Counted from the first letter of the stretch, positions 20,055 to 29,840 are shown. The stretch: DNA of 64,000 nt from an uncultured Verrucomicrobiae bacterium (GCA_963718565.1 OY970364.1:1856001-1920000); one strand, 5' to 3'. Notes: a model not told the origin generated them from the sequence alone. Translations and numbers: made by a program.

Positions 20055-21872
20055 ATGATTGTAAAATTTGCGAAAAAATGCGCAGCCTTTGCGTTGATAT
20101 TCAGTATTAAGTTCCATCGAACCACAAAGCTTCCCCTATTAATCCTCTTACAGTTTTCTGGGAAAAGCGCTTTTAGGCTGATTCAATTTGCAACTAAAAT
20201 ACACCGCCTTGAGGCAAATTCTTTAAAACTAAAAAAATACTCTCGTCATTCTCTATTGAGGCTAAAGCTTTTTTTCATGCAAGCCATCTTTTTTAAAGAC
20301 AAGTCTGCATCTTTAGAGGATTACGCGAACATTTTATCTGAAGTTCAGCCCTCTTTTGAGATCCAATATGAAGTGATGCAGTACTTTATACATCAAGGCC
20401 GCTTAGATTTGGCTAAAGTGACTGCAATGAATGTCATCAAGATGAAGCCGCATCCTTTTCTTCTGAAAAGGCTTTTGGAAATTTATCGGCAAATAGGGGC
20501 TATCTGCTTTCTTCTTGGACAGAATCAGGAAGCGAATCATTATTTGGGTATAGCCGGAGAGCTCCGCAAAGTGTACTCCAAGCCAAGGACTCCGACGACG
20601 TATCGCATCCTAGCATCCGATTGGTTCGTTGCCGTTGGCCATGTAGCGACATTAGATTATTATCTCAAGCATAAACGTCTTTATAGTCAGAAAGACCATC
20701 GCATTGTGGCAGTGATACCAGAGAATTCTGCATGTTCCTTCGATCTTTTGCGTAAGTTTTCAGGATTGGGAATCACATTCCTCAATGAGGAGGATCTTCA
20801 TCTCGATTATAATCAGTGGGCGAAAGCAAATCGTGCTCCGCAATGGGAGGAATTGTCTACTTCTGAAAAAGAAACAATGACGGATCGTTTTTGGGAATAC
20901 GAGTTTCCCGATGGCTCAGTTTTGTGTTATGCTCACGCGATTGCACGCATCCAGAAAGAATGGGAACAAAGTAAGAAGCCTTCATTGTTTCAATTGGCGC
21001 AATCTGAGAAAAAGTGGCTCAGAACTTTTCTGAAAAAACTTGGAATGCCGTCAGATGCCTGGTTTGTCTGTCTTCATGTTCGTGAAACAGGATTCCATAA
21101 ACAATGGAATTCCATATATCCTTCTATGCGCGATGCAAATATAAAGGACTATTACCCTGCGATGCAGGAAATTGTGAATGCAGGAGGATGGGTGTTGCGC
21201 ATGGGGGATCCGAGCATGCAAAAAGTTCCAACAATGCGCAATGTGATCGATTACGCTCACAGCCCTCATCGAACTCCTCTTGCAGATCTATTGATTGCTG
21301 CAAGTTGCCGATTTTTCTTGGGAACCAATTCAGGGTTTGCCACGATTCCAGCTATCTATGGCGTTCCTTGTGCATTGAGCAATTGGGTGCCCATTGGCTG
21401 GCCAATATGGCCAAGTCAAGATGTGATGATCTGCAAACTATTTCGCGAGAAAGCCACCCAGCGGCTTTTATCCTTGGAAGAAATCTTTGAGAAAAATCTA
21501 GCATTTTTGCAAAATTGGAGCGACCTTCCAGATGACATTGAATTGGTTGACAATTCATCAGACGATATCTGTCTATTAACAGTTGAGATGCTCTCATGTT
21601 TTGGTTCCCATAAACGCTCTTTGCAAGATATCGGCGCTTCTGAGGAATTTCATGGCCATTATGAAAAACTGGCTAACAGTTATGACACATACGTCGGTAG
21701 CCGATTTGCAGGATCGTTTGTCAAGAAATATCCTGAGGTTTTTCATTTCTATGGACGACACACTCCGGTGCAATCTTACCCTTTCAGGGACGGGTTGGCC
21801 GACGAAGAATCTCCTCCTTTCCAAGGAGAAATTTTTCCATTGGAAAATATACCGAAAGTGATTCGAATTTAA
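20055..21872 (+). CDS. TIGR04372-family putative glycosyltransferase with a helical N-terminal extension
   Basis: AVGH, WFVCLHVRETGF, MRDANI, GGWVLRMGD, FFLGTNSG. Confidence 0.8.
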   Translation: MIVKFAKKCAAFALIFSIKFHRTTKLPLLILLQFSGKSAFRLIQFATKIHRLEANSLKLKKYSRHSLLRLKLFFMQAIFFKDKSASLEDYANILSEVQPSFEIQYEVMQYFIHQGRLDLAKVTAMNVIKMKPHPFLLKRLLEIYRQIGAICFLLGQNQEANHYLGIAGELRKVYSKPRTPTTYRILASDWFVAVGHVATLDYYLKHKRLYSQKDHRIVAVIPENSACSFDLLRKFSGLGITFLNEEDLHLDYNQWAKANRAPQWEELSTSEKETMTDRFWEYEFPDGSVLCYAHAIARIQKEWEQSKKPSLFQLAQSEKKWLRTFLKKLGMPSDAWFVCLHVRETGFHKQWNSIYPSMRDANIKDYYPAMQEIVNAGGWVLRMGDPSMQKVPTMRNVIDYAHSPHRTPLADLLIAASCRFFLGTNSGFATIPAIYGVPCALSNWVPIGWPIWPSQDVMICKLFREKATQRLLSLEEIFEKNLAFLQNWSDLPDDIELVDNSSDDICLLTVEMLSCFGSHKRSLQDIGASEEFHGHYEKLANSYDTYVGSRFAGSFVKKYPEVFHFYGRHTPVQSYPFRDGLADEESPPFQGEIFPLENIPKVIRI

Positions 21873-21886
21873 ATTTAGGCATTCGA

Positions 21887-23368
21887 GTGGATAGAGAAGC
21901 GTCATCGCTGGCAAAGGAAATTAGAAGCAAATTAAAAAAAAAGCAAAAAATTGCCTTTATTTCGGGCAATTTCAATGTTGTGCACCCAGGGCATATTAGG
22001 TTGTTGAATTTTGCCGCTGAATGCGCAGACTATTTAGTCATCGGAATTCATCCCGATGGACATCCAGATGCGTTTGTTCCTCAAGAGCTTAGGTTAGAGG
22101 GGATCCAAGCCATCACTCTTGTAGATTTTGCTTTTGTTTTAACCACGCCTCTTGTCGAACTGATCACAGTGTTAAAACCTGAGATGATTATTAAAGGCAA
22201 GGAGCATGAATCAGGATTGAATGTAGAAAAAGCAGTTGTGGATAGCTATGGGGGTAAACTGATCTTTGCCTCAGGCGAGGCCTGGTTTTCTCATTTCAAC
22301 CATTTAAAAACTGAACTGCAAAAAATTGCTCTGCCCTCTATCCATAAACCCACTGCCTATTTGCAGAGGCATTCCACGGATATCAAAAAGCTATCCGCTA
22401 TTGTGGATAGTTTTCCCGATTTGCACGTCGTCGTTTTGGGAGATTTAATCATCGATGAGTATGTGTTTTGCGATCCTCTCGGTATGTCGCAAGAAGATCC
22501 CACGATTGTAGTGACTCCGATTAAAAGAGAACAGTTTATAGGAGGTGCCGCCATTGTTTCGGCTCATGCGAAAAGTTTAAGCGCAACAGTCAATTATTTT
22601 GGGGTTGTCGGTAATGATGAGATGGCCCATTTCGCACGCAATAAGTTAAAAGAATACGCTGTCAATGCGTGTTTAATTGTGGACGACAGCAGACCGACAA
22701 CATTGAAACAGCGTTTTCGAATCCAGGGAAAAACCCTTCTTCGCGTTTCTGAACTACGTCAGCATGATATTAGCCATGAATTGCAAGAAAAGATGCTTTT
22801 CGAAATCGTGAAGGCCCTTGAAAAAGCAGATCTTATAGTTTTTTCAGATTTTAGCTATGGCTGTTTGCCTCAGTCTCTAGTCAATCAGGTCATTGCATTC
22901 TGCACTCAGCGCAAAATTCCCATGGTGGCGGATAGTCAATCTTCGTCTCAGATTGGAGACATTGCACGTTTTAAAAACATGCTGTTAATTACTCCCACGG
23001 AACGTGAAGCAAGATTAGCAATTCGAGATACTCATTCGGGATTGATCTCTGTTGCTGATGTCCTGAGAAACAATACCAAAGCACAGCATGTCCTCATTAC
23101 TCTGGGTTCTGAAGGGCTGCTCATCTACTCCCCTCACGATGGCGTCGATGGAGTGCACACAGATGAGTTGCCCATTTTTAACCCTTATCCAAAAGACGTA
23201 GCTGGGGCAGGCGATTGCCTTTTTATCTGTTCAGCAATGGCTTTGGCAACGGGCGCCAGCATTTGGGAGAGTGCGTATCTTGGTTCGATTGCGGCCGCAT
23301 GCCAAGTAAGCCGCGTGGGGAATTTGCCTTTAGAGCAAGCAGAATTGAAAAAGGGGCTTTTAACCTGA
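21887..23368 (+). CDS. RfaE/HldE-like bifunctional protein (N-terminal nucleotidyltransferase, C-terminal PfkB kinase)
   Basis: SGNFNVVHPGH (HxGH), GDLIIDEY, GGAAIV, DVAGAGD. Confidence 0.85.
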   Translation: MDREASSLAKEIRSKLKKKQKIAFISGNFNVVHPGHIRLLNFAAECADYLVIGIHPDGHPDAFVPQELRLEGIQAITLVDFAFVLTTPLVELITVLKPEMIIKGKEHESGLNVEKAVVDSYGGKLIFASGEAWFSHFNHLKTELQKIALPSIHKPTAYLQRHSTDIKKLSAIVDSFPDLHVVVLGDLIIDEYVFCDPLGMSQEDPTIVVTPIKREQFIGGAAIVSAHAKSLSATVNYFGVVGNDEMAHFARNKLKEYAVNACLIVDDSRPTTLKQRFRIQGKTLLRVSELRQHDISHELQEKMLFEIVKALEKADLIVFSDFSYGCLPQSLVNQVIAFCTQRKIPMVADSQSSSQIGDIARFKNMLLITPTEREARLAIRDTHSGLISVADVLRNNTKAQHVLITLGSEGLLIYSPHDGVDGVHTDELPIFNPYPKDVAGAGDCLFICSAMALATGASIWESAYLGSIAAACQVSRVGNLPLEQAELKKGLLT

Positions 23369-23377
23369 GTTTTTAGC

Positions 23378-24115
23378 ATGAAAGCTTTGTTACTGGCTGC
23401 CGGATTGGGGACCCGCTTAAGACCGATGACAGCCAATTTGCCAAAATGCCTTGTTCCCATCCATGGCAAGCCGCTATTGGCTCATTGGCTGGAAATATTG
23501 ATCCAAAATGGAATCGAACATGTGTTCATCAATACTCATTACTTGCCGGAAATGGTCCGTTGTTTCGTACATTCTCATCCCTTTCGAGAAAAAGTCACAC
23601 TCACTCATGAAGAAGTCCTTCTTGGCACCGCTGGAACCATTTTAAAAAATCGGCATTGGTTAGAACAAGAACCCTTTCTTATGGCGCATGCAGATAATTT
23701 AACACGATTTGATGTGCAGGCATTTATACAAACTCATGAACAACGAGCGCGTGGTGTTGAGATGACAATGATGACATTTGAAACGGATGCGCCGAAAAAT
23801 TGCGGAATTGTTGAAGTGGATGAGAAAAAGATTGTCATCAAGTTTCATGAAAAAGTTCCCAACCCTCCGAATAACCACGCGAATGCAGCTGTCTACATTC
23901 TTGAGCCAACAATCATTAAATTTTTACAATCATTAAATCGAGAGGTGATTGATTTTAGTAACGAAGTCATTCCCGACTATATTTCCCGGATTCAAATCTT
24001 TCTCAACAGGGATTATCATCGCGACATTGGCACGCCAGAAAGCTTGCGTTTAGCGGAGGAGGAGTTTGTGAGCAAAGAAAAACTTCATCGAAATATGCTG
24101 TTTGATCTATCCTAA
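23378..24115 (+). CDS. Sugar-1-phosphate nucleotidyltransferase
   Basis: LAAGLGTRLRP..PKCLVP, LLGTAG, DIGTPE. Confidence 0.88.
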   Translation: MKALLLAAGLGTRLRPMTANLPKCLVPIHGKPLLAHWLEILIQNGIEHVFINTHYLPEMVRCFVHSHPFREKVTLTHEEVLLGTAGTILKNRHWLEQEPFLMAHADNLTRFDVQAFIQTHEQRARGVEMTMMTFETDAPKNCGIVEVDEKKIVIKFHEKVPNPPNNHANAAVYILEPTIIKFLQSLNREVIDFSNEVIPDYISRIQIFLNRDYHRDIGTPESLRLAEEEFVSKEKLHRNMLFDLS

Positions 24116-24139
24116 GTTATTTTATTTTGTCAGTGCAAT

Positions 24140-25165
24140 ATGTTCCAACTTCTGATGGTTTTTTTAATCCCCTGTTGTTTATTTGCAGGGAAATTTGACG
24201 AGCATTTGGAGAAAGCCGGAGGCGATTTGCACTATGTGCGTACTCCAGAAGATCGCAAGCTGCTGGGTTTTTTTTCAGCATTGTTCGACATGGCAGAAAA
24301 ACGTGAAAAACCTGTAGGAGCCATTCCTAAAACTCTCCATTTTATTTGGCTAGGGCCTAAACCTTTTCCGAGCGATTCGGTGAAAAAGGTCAAAGGATGG
24401 ATAAATAGGCATCCCGGGTGGAAGTTCAAATTCTGGACAGATCTTGGCCAAGCAGCCCCCGATGATCGGATGGAGATTTATCCCTTTGAAATGTTTCCTC
24501 TTCAAGAGCTGAAAAATAGTTACTATCGTAGCGATAATTTTGGGGAGCGATCGGAAATTTTACGCTATGCGGTTTTGCTCAATGAAGGCGGGATCTACAT
24601 CGATCATGATGTGTACTGTCTAAAATCGATCGAGTCATTGCAGGAAAATCATGACTTCTTCTGTGGCTTAGATCCTTTAGGGCCGACAGTGTTGAGTTCT
24701 TCCGTTAATCCTTCTCCTCATCTGCTGGCAGCAGCTGCACAGCATCCCATCCTAAAGGCATCGAAGAAATGGTTGCTCAATGAATGGGACTTGCTAGAAA
24801 TGCAATATACGGGGTCAGATTCGTCCGCAGTCTATAATCGCGTCCAACATCGTGGTTTCAGGGCGCTTGGGGTTGGAATCAAAGAAGCTCACAACCGTTC
24901 TGGCCGGAAAGATGCCGTTTTCCCTCCGGATTTTTTTAGCCTTGCTGAAAGTAAGCATGCGATCTTTGCTGTCCATCAGCATAAAGGGACATGGTACAAG
25001 CAGGAAATCATTGTGAATTCCAAAATCGTCAGGCTGTTCAAAGAGATTAGAGAGGAATTTTCGCGGACATATGCCCTTGCCCTGTCTTTGACATTTGTGA
25101 ATGTCGGTCTATGTGCATTCTTAGTTTTCCCCTTCTTAATAAAGAAAAAAAAGAGAACAAAATGA
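24140..25165 (+). CDS. DXD-motif (GT32/OCH1-like) glycosyltransferase with signal peptide and C-terminal TM anchor
   Basis: IPKTLHFIWLG, SEILRY, EGGIYIDHD; hydrophobic ends and a KKKKRTK tail. Confidence 0.82.
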   Translation: MFQLLMVFLIPCCLFAGKFDEHLEKAGGDLHYVRTPEDRKLLGFFSALFDMAEKREKPVGAIPKTLHFIWLGPKPFPSDSVKKVKGWINRHPGWKFKFWTDLGQAAPDDRMEIYPFEMFPLQELKNSYYRSDNFGERSEILRYAVLLNEGGIYIDHDVYCLKSIESLQENHDFFCGLDPLGPTVLSSSVNPSPHLLAAAAQHPILKASKKWLLNEWDLLEMQYTGSDSSAVYNRVQHRGFRALGVGIKEAHNRSGRKDAVFPPDFFSLAESKHAIFAVHQHKGTWYKQEIIVNSKIVRLFKEIREEFSRTYALALSLTFVNVGLCAFLVFPFLIKKKKRTK

Positions 25166-26415
25166 AGAGGGAATTGCAAAACTCCTCGCCGCATAAAATC
25201 GCGCTTTTGGTACCTGTCGCCTTGGCGGCGGCTCTCCTGCTTATCCAAGTATGCTTTCGCCGCCGCCAACCGAACCCGCTGTGCGGGTTCTGGCAACAGG
25301 TGCCAAAATCATCGATTTTCTCCTGGCGAGGAGTTTTGCAATTCCCTCTGAAAGCTTTTCGCAGACAGACTCTGGCAACTCTTTTCATCTTGTTGTCCAC
25401 TGTGAAATTGATGGCAAATGAAAGCGCATTCGACGTCAATGATTTTGTCGGCATGATGGGCAGATCGACTGCGCATTGGAAGAATATCACAGAAGCTCGG
25501 GATGTGAATACTTTGGAGCGGGCGGAAGTTCTCTATCGAAAAAATAAGATGGCCCAGTTCACGCAAAAAGGTCGACTTAAGATTCCTGCGGTTGTTCATT
25601 TTATTTGGCTTGGGCCCCGTCCTTTTCCTCCAGAGTCTGTCGAGAATGTCCGCACATGGATTGCGAATAATCCTAGTTGGACAATTAAATTTTGGACGGA
25701 CCGCGATCGCGATTTGCCTTGCGAAGGGATGGAAAAGGTATTGGTCAAAGATTTTACCTTCTTAAAATTAGGCAACTGCTTTGAGCAGTCGCAAAATTGG
25801 GGAGAGAAATCAGACTTGTTGCGTTATGAAATTCTATTTCAGGAAGGAGGGATTTATGTCGATCATGATGCCAACTGCCTGCGCTCATTTGATGGCTTGA
25901 ACCGCGGCTATGATTTCTTCTGCGGCCTTGAAGCCCCTCATGAGCCCTTCGTAGGCAGAAGCATCACTTGTGGAAATGGAGTCATTGGTTCGCGCTCGCA
26001 TCACCCGACAGTGGACAAAGCGATTCATCTGATCGCAGAGCGTTGGGAGTCTTTAGGAGAAAAATATCGTGGCAAAGATGAGTATTCTAAAATCGAAGTG
26101 GTGATGCAGCGCACTTACATCGCTTTGACAGATGCGATTGCCGAGACGATCGATTGTCAAGGAAATGTGGATATCGTGTTCCCGGCGGCTTATTTTTTTG
26201 CCAAAGGGGAAATTCCTGCATTGTATTCCCAGCATTTTTATGCCAGCGCCTGGAACGATTATAAAATGAGAAAAACAAACGTGGATCGTTCTAAAGAACG
26301 AGAACTCGGTAAGATCAGAAGAAAAAATCGAAACCTCACCTTTTTGCTCATAGGCCTTGTCACCTTTAACGGGCTGATCTTAGGCATTAGTTTAATAAAG
26401 AGGAGGAGGCCATGA
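25162..26415 (+). CDS. DXD-motif glycosyltransferase carrying an in-frame 62-codon palindromic insertion after MK
   Basis: IPAVVHFIWLG, SDLLRY, EGGIYVDHD; ATG at 25162 overlaps the upstream stop (ATGA). Confidence 0.82.
   Translation: MKRELQNSSPHKIALLVPVALAAALLLIQVCFRRRQPNPLCGFWQQVPKSSIFSWRGVLQFPLKAFRRQTLATLFILLSTVKLMANESAFDVNDFVGMMGRSTAHWKNITEARDVNTLERAEVLYRKNKMAQFTQKGRLKIPAVVHFIWLGPRPFPPESVENVRTWIANNPSWTIKFWTDRDRDLPCEGMEKVLVKDFTFLKLGNCFEQSQNWGEKSDLLRYEILFQEGGIYVDHDANCLRSFDGLNRGYDFFCGLEAPHEPFVGRSITCGNGVIGSRSHHPTVDKAIHLIAERWESLGEKYRGKDEYSKIEVVMQRTYIALTDAIAETIDCQGNVDIVFPAAYFFAKGEIPALYSQHFYASAWNDYKMRKTNVDRSKERELGKIRRKNRNLTFLLIGLVTFNGLILGISLIKRRRP
25167..25348. mobile_element. 182-bp MITE-like palindromic element (GAGGG family, longest copy)
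   Basis: Perfect 24-bp terminal inverted repeats GAGGGAATTGCAAAACTCCTCGCC; 4-bp TGAA duplication at 25163-25166 and 25349-25352. Confidence 0.92.
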
Positions 26416-27509
26416 AAAAATATATACCGAAGGTGATTCAAAAAGTTGGAATGTGGATTCTTATCCTTCTTTTTTCTTTGAGTTGTGGAGCTTGCCAAAA
26501 GAAAAACGAGATACAGCGTCCATCTGCGGATGACTTTGAAAGCTTGACCGGTAAAAATCTTCCGACTTGGAAGTATATTCAGACAAAAGAAGATTTTGAG
26601 CATTTGCATCTCTTTACTCGCATGTACGAATTAAAAAAAGGGTTGATCGATGCTGCGGAAGATGTGTCGCGTGTTCCTAAGATTGTTCATTTCGTTTGGA
26701 TCGGGCCGCGGCCTTTTCCCAGAGAATCTGTTGAGAATGTGCGTACGTGGATGGCTAAACATCCTGAGTGGACGTTTAATTTTTGGACCGATCGAGAGCG
26801 CCCTCTTCCTTCTCCTGGTATGAAACTGCGCTTGATCAAGGACTTGCCTTTTTTAAAATTGCGCGACTGTTTTGCGAAATCCGACAATTGTGGAGAAAAG
26901 TCCGATTTACTGAGATGCGAGATTCTCTATCAAGAGGGGGGCATCTATGTCGATCATGATGTCAAATGCTTTAAAGCATTCGACCCCTTGAACAAAGCTT
27001 ATGATTTTTATTGCGGGATCGACATGCCGTATACGAGCAGTCTTCCTTCGTGTATTTTCACGACAAATAACTTGATCGGCGTCAGACCGGAACATCCCAT
27101 TCTCTTGCGTTGCATGGAGATGCTTGCCGAGAAGTGGGAGCAAATTGAGCAGGATTATCCAGGCTCCGACCGCGATGCGATGCTCAATAGAGTGCTGCAT
27201 CGCACATTTTGGTTATTTGGCGAGGCAGTCAAACAAGTCGCCAATCAAGACGGCAATCGTGATATTGTCTTTCCCGCATACTATTTCGATGCGCCCAAAG
27301 ACGAACTGGCAATTTTTGCCCGTCATCAATACGCTGGGGCGTGGCATGAGAGTGAATCAGCATTTGAAAAAATGGTCAGGCAAAGGCTGATGCTGCTCAG
27401 CAAAAAAAGCAATAAGATTTTGCTATTCTTTGGAATAATGTCAGTCGTTAACCTTTTGGGTTTAATTCTCCTTTTTTTCAGTTTTAAGAGGCAATTTGCA
27501 AAAAATTGA
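26412..27509 (+). CDS. DXD-motif glycosyltransferase, possibly a lipoprotein, with C-terminal TM anchor
   Basis: VPKIVHFVWIG, SDLLRC, EGGIYVDHD; LSLSCGAC near the N-terminus. Confidence 0.82.
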   Translation: MKKYIPKVIQKVGMWILILLFSLSCGACQKKNEIQRPSADDFESLTGKNLPTWKYIQTKEDFEHLHLFTRMYELKKGLIDAAEDVSRVPKIVHFVWIGPRPFPRESVENVRTWMAKHPEWTFNFWTDRERPLPSPGMKLRLIKDLPFLKLRDCFAKSDNCGEKSDLLRCEILYQEGGIYVDHDVKCFKAFDPLNKAYDFYCGIDMPYTSSLPSCIFTTNNLIGVRPEHPILLRCMEMLAEKWEQIEQDYPGSDRDAMLNRVLHRTFWLFGEAVKQVANQDGNRDIVFPAYYFDAPKDELAIFARHQYAGAWHESESAFEKMVRQRLMLLSKKSNKILLFFGIMSVVNLLGLILLFFSFKRQFAKN

Positions 27510-27510
27510 T

Positions 27511-27634
27511 TATACCGAAATGAACACAACGCAAAGGCGCTAAGATGCCAAGAATCTATTTCAAGAGAAGAGGAAGCGTAGCTGTTGTGTAACAGCTCTT
27601 GGCTGTTCCTCTGGATAGAACAACGAACGGTATA
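27511..27634. repeat. 124-bp intergenic element bounded by TATACCG...CGGTATA
   Basis: 7-bp inverted ends; the first 15 bp TATACCGAAATGAAC recur exactly at 10673-10687. Confidence 0.45.
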
Positions 27635-27644
27635 GAAAGTGCAG

Positions 27645-28427
27645 ATGGAAGATAGCTTATTGGATTTGAATAGCCGTGGGATTTTTCCTGGCCCTTCTGA
27701 ACAGGAAAAGAAATTTTTGAAGCGTGCTGCGGCCGCAAAACAAGTCACGTCCCCAGAAGTTCTTAAGTTGACTCAAGATATTTTTAGCGCTCTTCCTGAT
27801 TGGGTAAAGATTCACTACGCGAAAAAAGGCCTTCTCCCTTGGGAAGGAGCTGCGACTTGGATCGAGGAGAGTGCTGAAGGAATGCGGGAAGCTTCCATCC
27901 ATGTCAAATCTTCCTTTCTCACGCGGTTGTACCCACAAGAAGAGATCATTGCTCATGAAATGGTCCATGCCATGCGACTCACGTTCGAAGAAAGGCGATT
28001 TGAAGAAATTTTAGCTTTTCGCACTTCAAAAAACCGATTTCGTCGCTATTTTGGCCCTCTCTTTACGCACCCAGGAGAAACAAAAACATTCGTGATGTGC
28101 GTGCTCGGCTCTTGTCTGGCCTATTGGACAGAGTTCCTTTTTGATGTTTCATTGGGAGCAAAATATTTTCTCTGGGCTCCCCTGTTTGTTTTGGGATGGG
28201 GAGTCTGGCGGCTTGCTCGCTCGCAAAAGCTGTTTTCTCATGCATTAAATCATTTAGAAAAAGTGATCAAAGAGCCTCAGAGGTCGCTGGCTGTAGCTCT
28301 ACGTCTATCCGATCGTGAGATTGAACAGTTTGCTAAAAGCTCCCCCGAACACATTTTAGCCTTTGCATCCCAAGAGAAGGGAAAGAGTTTACGCTGGAAC
28401 CAGCTCTTTCTTGCATTTTTCCATTAA
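27645..28427 (+). CDS. Hypothetical membrane protein with an HExxH motif
   Basis: IAHEMVHAMR..FEE; two TM segments. Confidence 0.65.
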   Translation: MEDSLLDLNSRGIFPGPSEQEKKFLKRAAAAKQVTSPEVLKLTQDIFSALPDWVKIHYAKKGLLPWEGAATWIEESAEGMREASIHVKSSFLTRLYPQEEIIAHEMVHAMRLTFEERRFEEILAFRTSKNRFRRYFGPLFTHPGETKTFVMCVLGSCLAYWTEFLFDVSLGAKYFLWAPLFVLGWGVWRLARSQKLFSHALNHLEKVIKEPQRSLAVALRLSDREIEQFAKSSPEHILAFASQEKGKSLRWNQLFLAFFH

Positions 28428-28473
28428 CCTGAGTTTTGGGTTCATTTTATAGAGGGAATTGCAAAACTCAGGT
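28427..28473. terminator. Inverted repeat between convergent genes that contains a GAGGG-element end
   Basis: ACCTGAGTTTTG ... CAAAACTCAGGT; GAGGGAATTGCAAAACTC at 28452-28469. Confidence 0.45.
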
Positions 28474-28475
28474 CA

Positions 28476-29840
28476 TTAGACCCATTTTTTGCGTTTGGCT
28501 GCGGGAGCAATTTTTAAAGCTCCGCGGTACTTGGCTATTGTCCGTCTTGCGCAAGAGATCCCAAGCTTGCGTAAATGACCGGCAATTGCTTCGTCCGACA
28601 TGGGTTCCTGTTTGTTCTCTTTTTCAATCGTCCGAAGAAGAATTTTTCGAAGGTTGTGTTTGGAAATTTTTTCTCCGTTTTGCGTCTTTACGGCCGGACT
28701 GAAGAAGGACTTGAATGCGAAAAGCCCTTGCGGGCAAGCGACGAATTTGCCCGCAACAGCGCGTAGGATTGTGGATTCGTGCAGGCTGAGTTCTTGCGCA
28801 ACTTCTTGAGTCGTCAAAGGCTTGAGCCCAGCTTTATCGCCGCTCAAGAACTCGACTTGTTTTCTGATCAGGAGTTCTCCAATCCTTCGCAGGGTTTCGT
28901 TCCTTCTTTGGACAATTCTTTTCAACCATCTTCCACCGGCAAATTGACGTCTCAGATAAAATGTTTCCTCTTTTTTCAGTGAACCGCCTTGCAATGCCTC
29001 GAGATAAGCAGGAGCAATTTGAATACGCGGGAGAAAAGCAGTATTGACCTCGATCTGCCACTTTCCCTCGATGCAAATAAAGAATAAGTCAGGGACAAGT
29101 GCTGTTGCCGGCTGATAAAAATAGCGATAGCCGGGATGGAGATCGAGCGGGGCGATTTCCTTTTCTATGATTTGCACCAATTCCGCCATTGGGATGCACA
29201 ATTTTTGAGAAATGAGTGGAAGCCGATTATGGACCAGATCGTCAAAGTGCTCTGAAATAATTTTGAAAGCAAGCCCCGTTTCTTTTTTCTTAAGGTTAAG
29301 CTGAAGAAGAAGACATTCGTGAAGATTGCGAGCGCCGATTCCTGGAGGGTCAAGCGATTGAATCTCGTTTAAGACTTTCTCCATTGTTTCTAAGGGCGCG
29401 AAAGGAGCGATCTCACTTAAGGGAGTGTCTAAGTATCCCTTGTCGTTAAGATGTCCGATGATCAGTTCGGCCAGAGGGATATTTTGCGGTTCTTCTATGG
29501 CAAGCTGAACCTGCTTCATCAGATGTTCGTAAAGGGAAATGGGTGCTGTGAGAAGGTTCTCCTGATGCTCTTTGCGTCTTTTTTCCATCGCTTCTTGGGA
29601 CCTGTTTCTTAAAACAGGGCGATCTTTATCTGGTTCTTCCAGATTTTCCTTCAATCCTTGATCGGAATCATCCATTTCCAAAACAGGATTGGATTCAATC
29701 TCAGCCTTTAACCACTGGGATAATTCGAGCAGAGGAAGTTGAAGAACATGAAATGCTTGCTTCATCGCCAAATTGACGAGCAACTGTTGATGTTGTTTTA
29801 ATGAAATCTGATTGTTTTGTAATAATGAAATCGATTGCAT
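28476..29840 (-). CDS. rpoN: RNA polymerase sigma-54 factor
   Basis: Q/L-rich N-terminus, LDPPGIGARNL, LHESTILRA, RpoN box ARRTIAKYR. Confidence 0.95.
   Translation of the reverse strand: MQSISLLQNNQISLKQHQQLLVNLAMKQAFHVLQLPLLELSQWLKAEIESNPVLEMDDSDQGLKENLEEPDKDRPVLRNRSQEAMEKRRKEHQENLLTAPISLYEHLMKQVQLAIEEPQNIPLAELIIGHLNDKGYLDTPLSEIAPFAPLETMEKVLNEIQSLDPPGIGARNLHECLLLQLNLKKKETGLAFKIISEHFDDLVHNRLPLISQKLCIPMAELVQIIEKEIAPLDLHPGYRYFYQPATALVPDLFFICIEGKWQIEVNTAFLPRIQIAPAYLEALQGGSLKKEETFYLRRQFAGGRWLKRIVQRRNETLRRIGELLIRKQVEFLSGDKAGLKPLTTQEVAQELSLHESTILRAVAGKFVACPQGLFAFKSFFSPAVKTQNGEKISKHNLRKILLRTIEKENKQEPMSDEAIAGHLRKLGISCARRTIAKYRGALKIAPAAKRKKWV

Noticed and set aside
24976..25490. Minus-strand ORFs sharing peptides with the NamZ N-terminus and with ORFs at 62186-62728
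   Set aside because: The shared peptides come from reading through the GAGGG element; they are not a protein family.
24140..27509. TcdA/TcdB-type large cytotoxins
   Set aside because: The proteins are 340-420 aa with only the DXD domain and have no protease or translocation domains.
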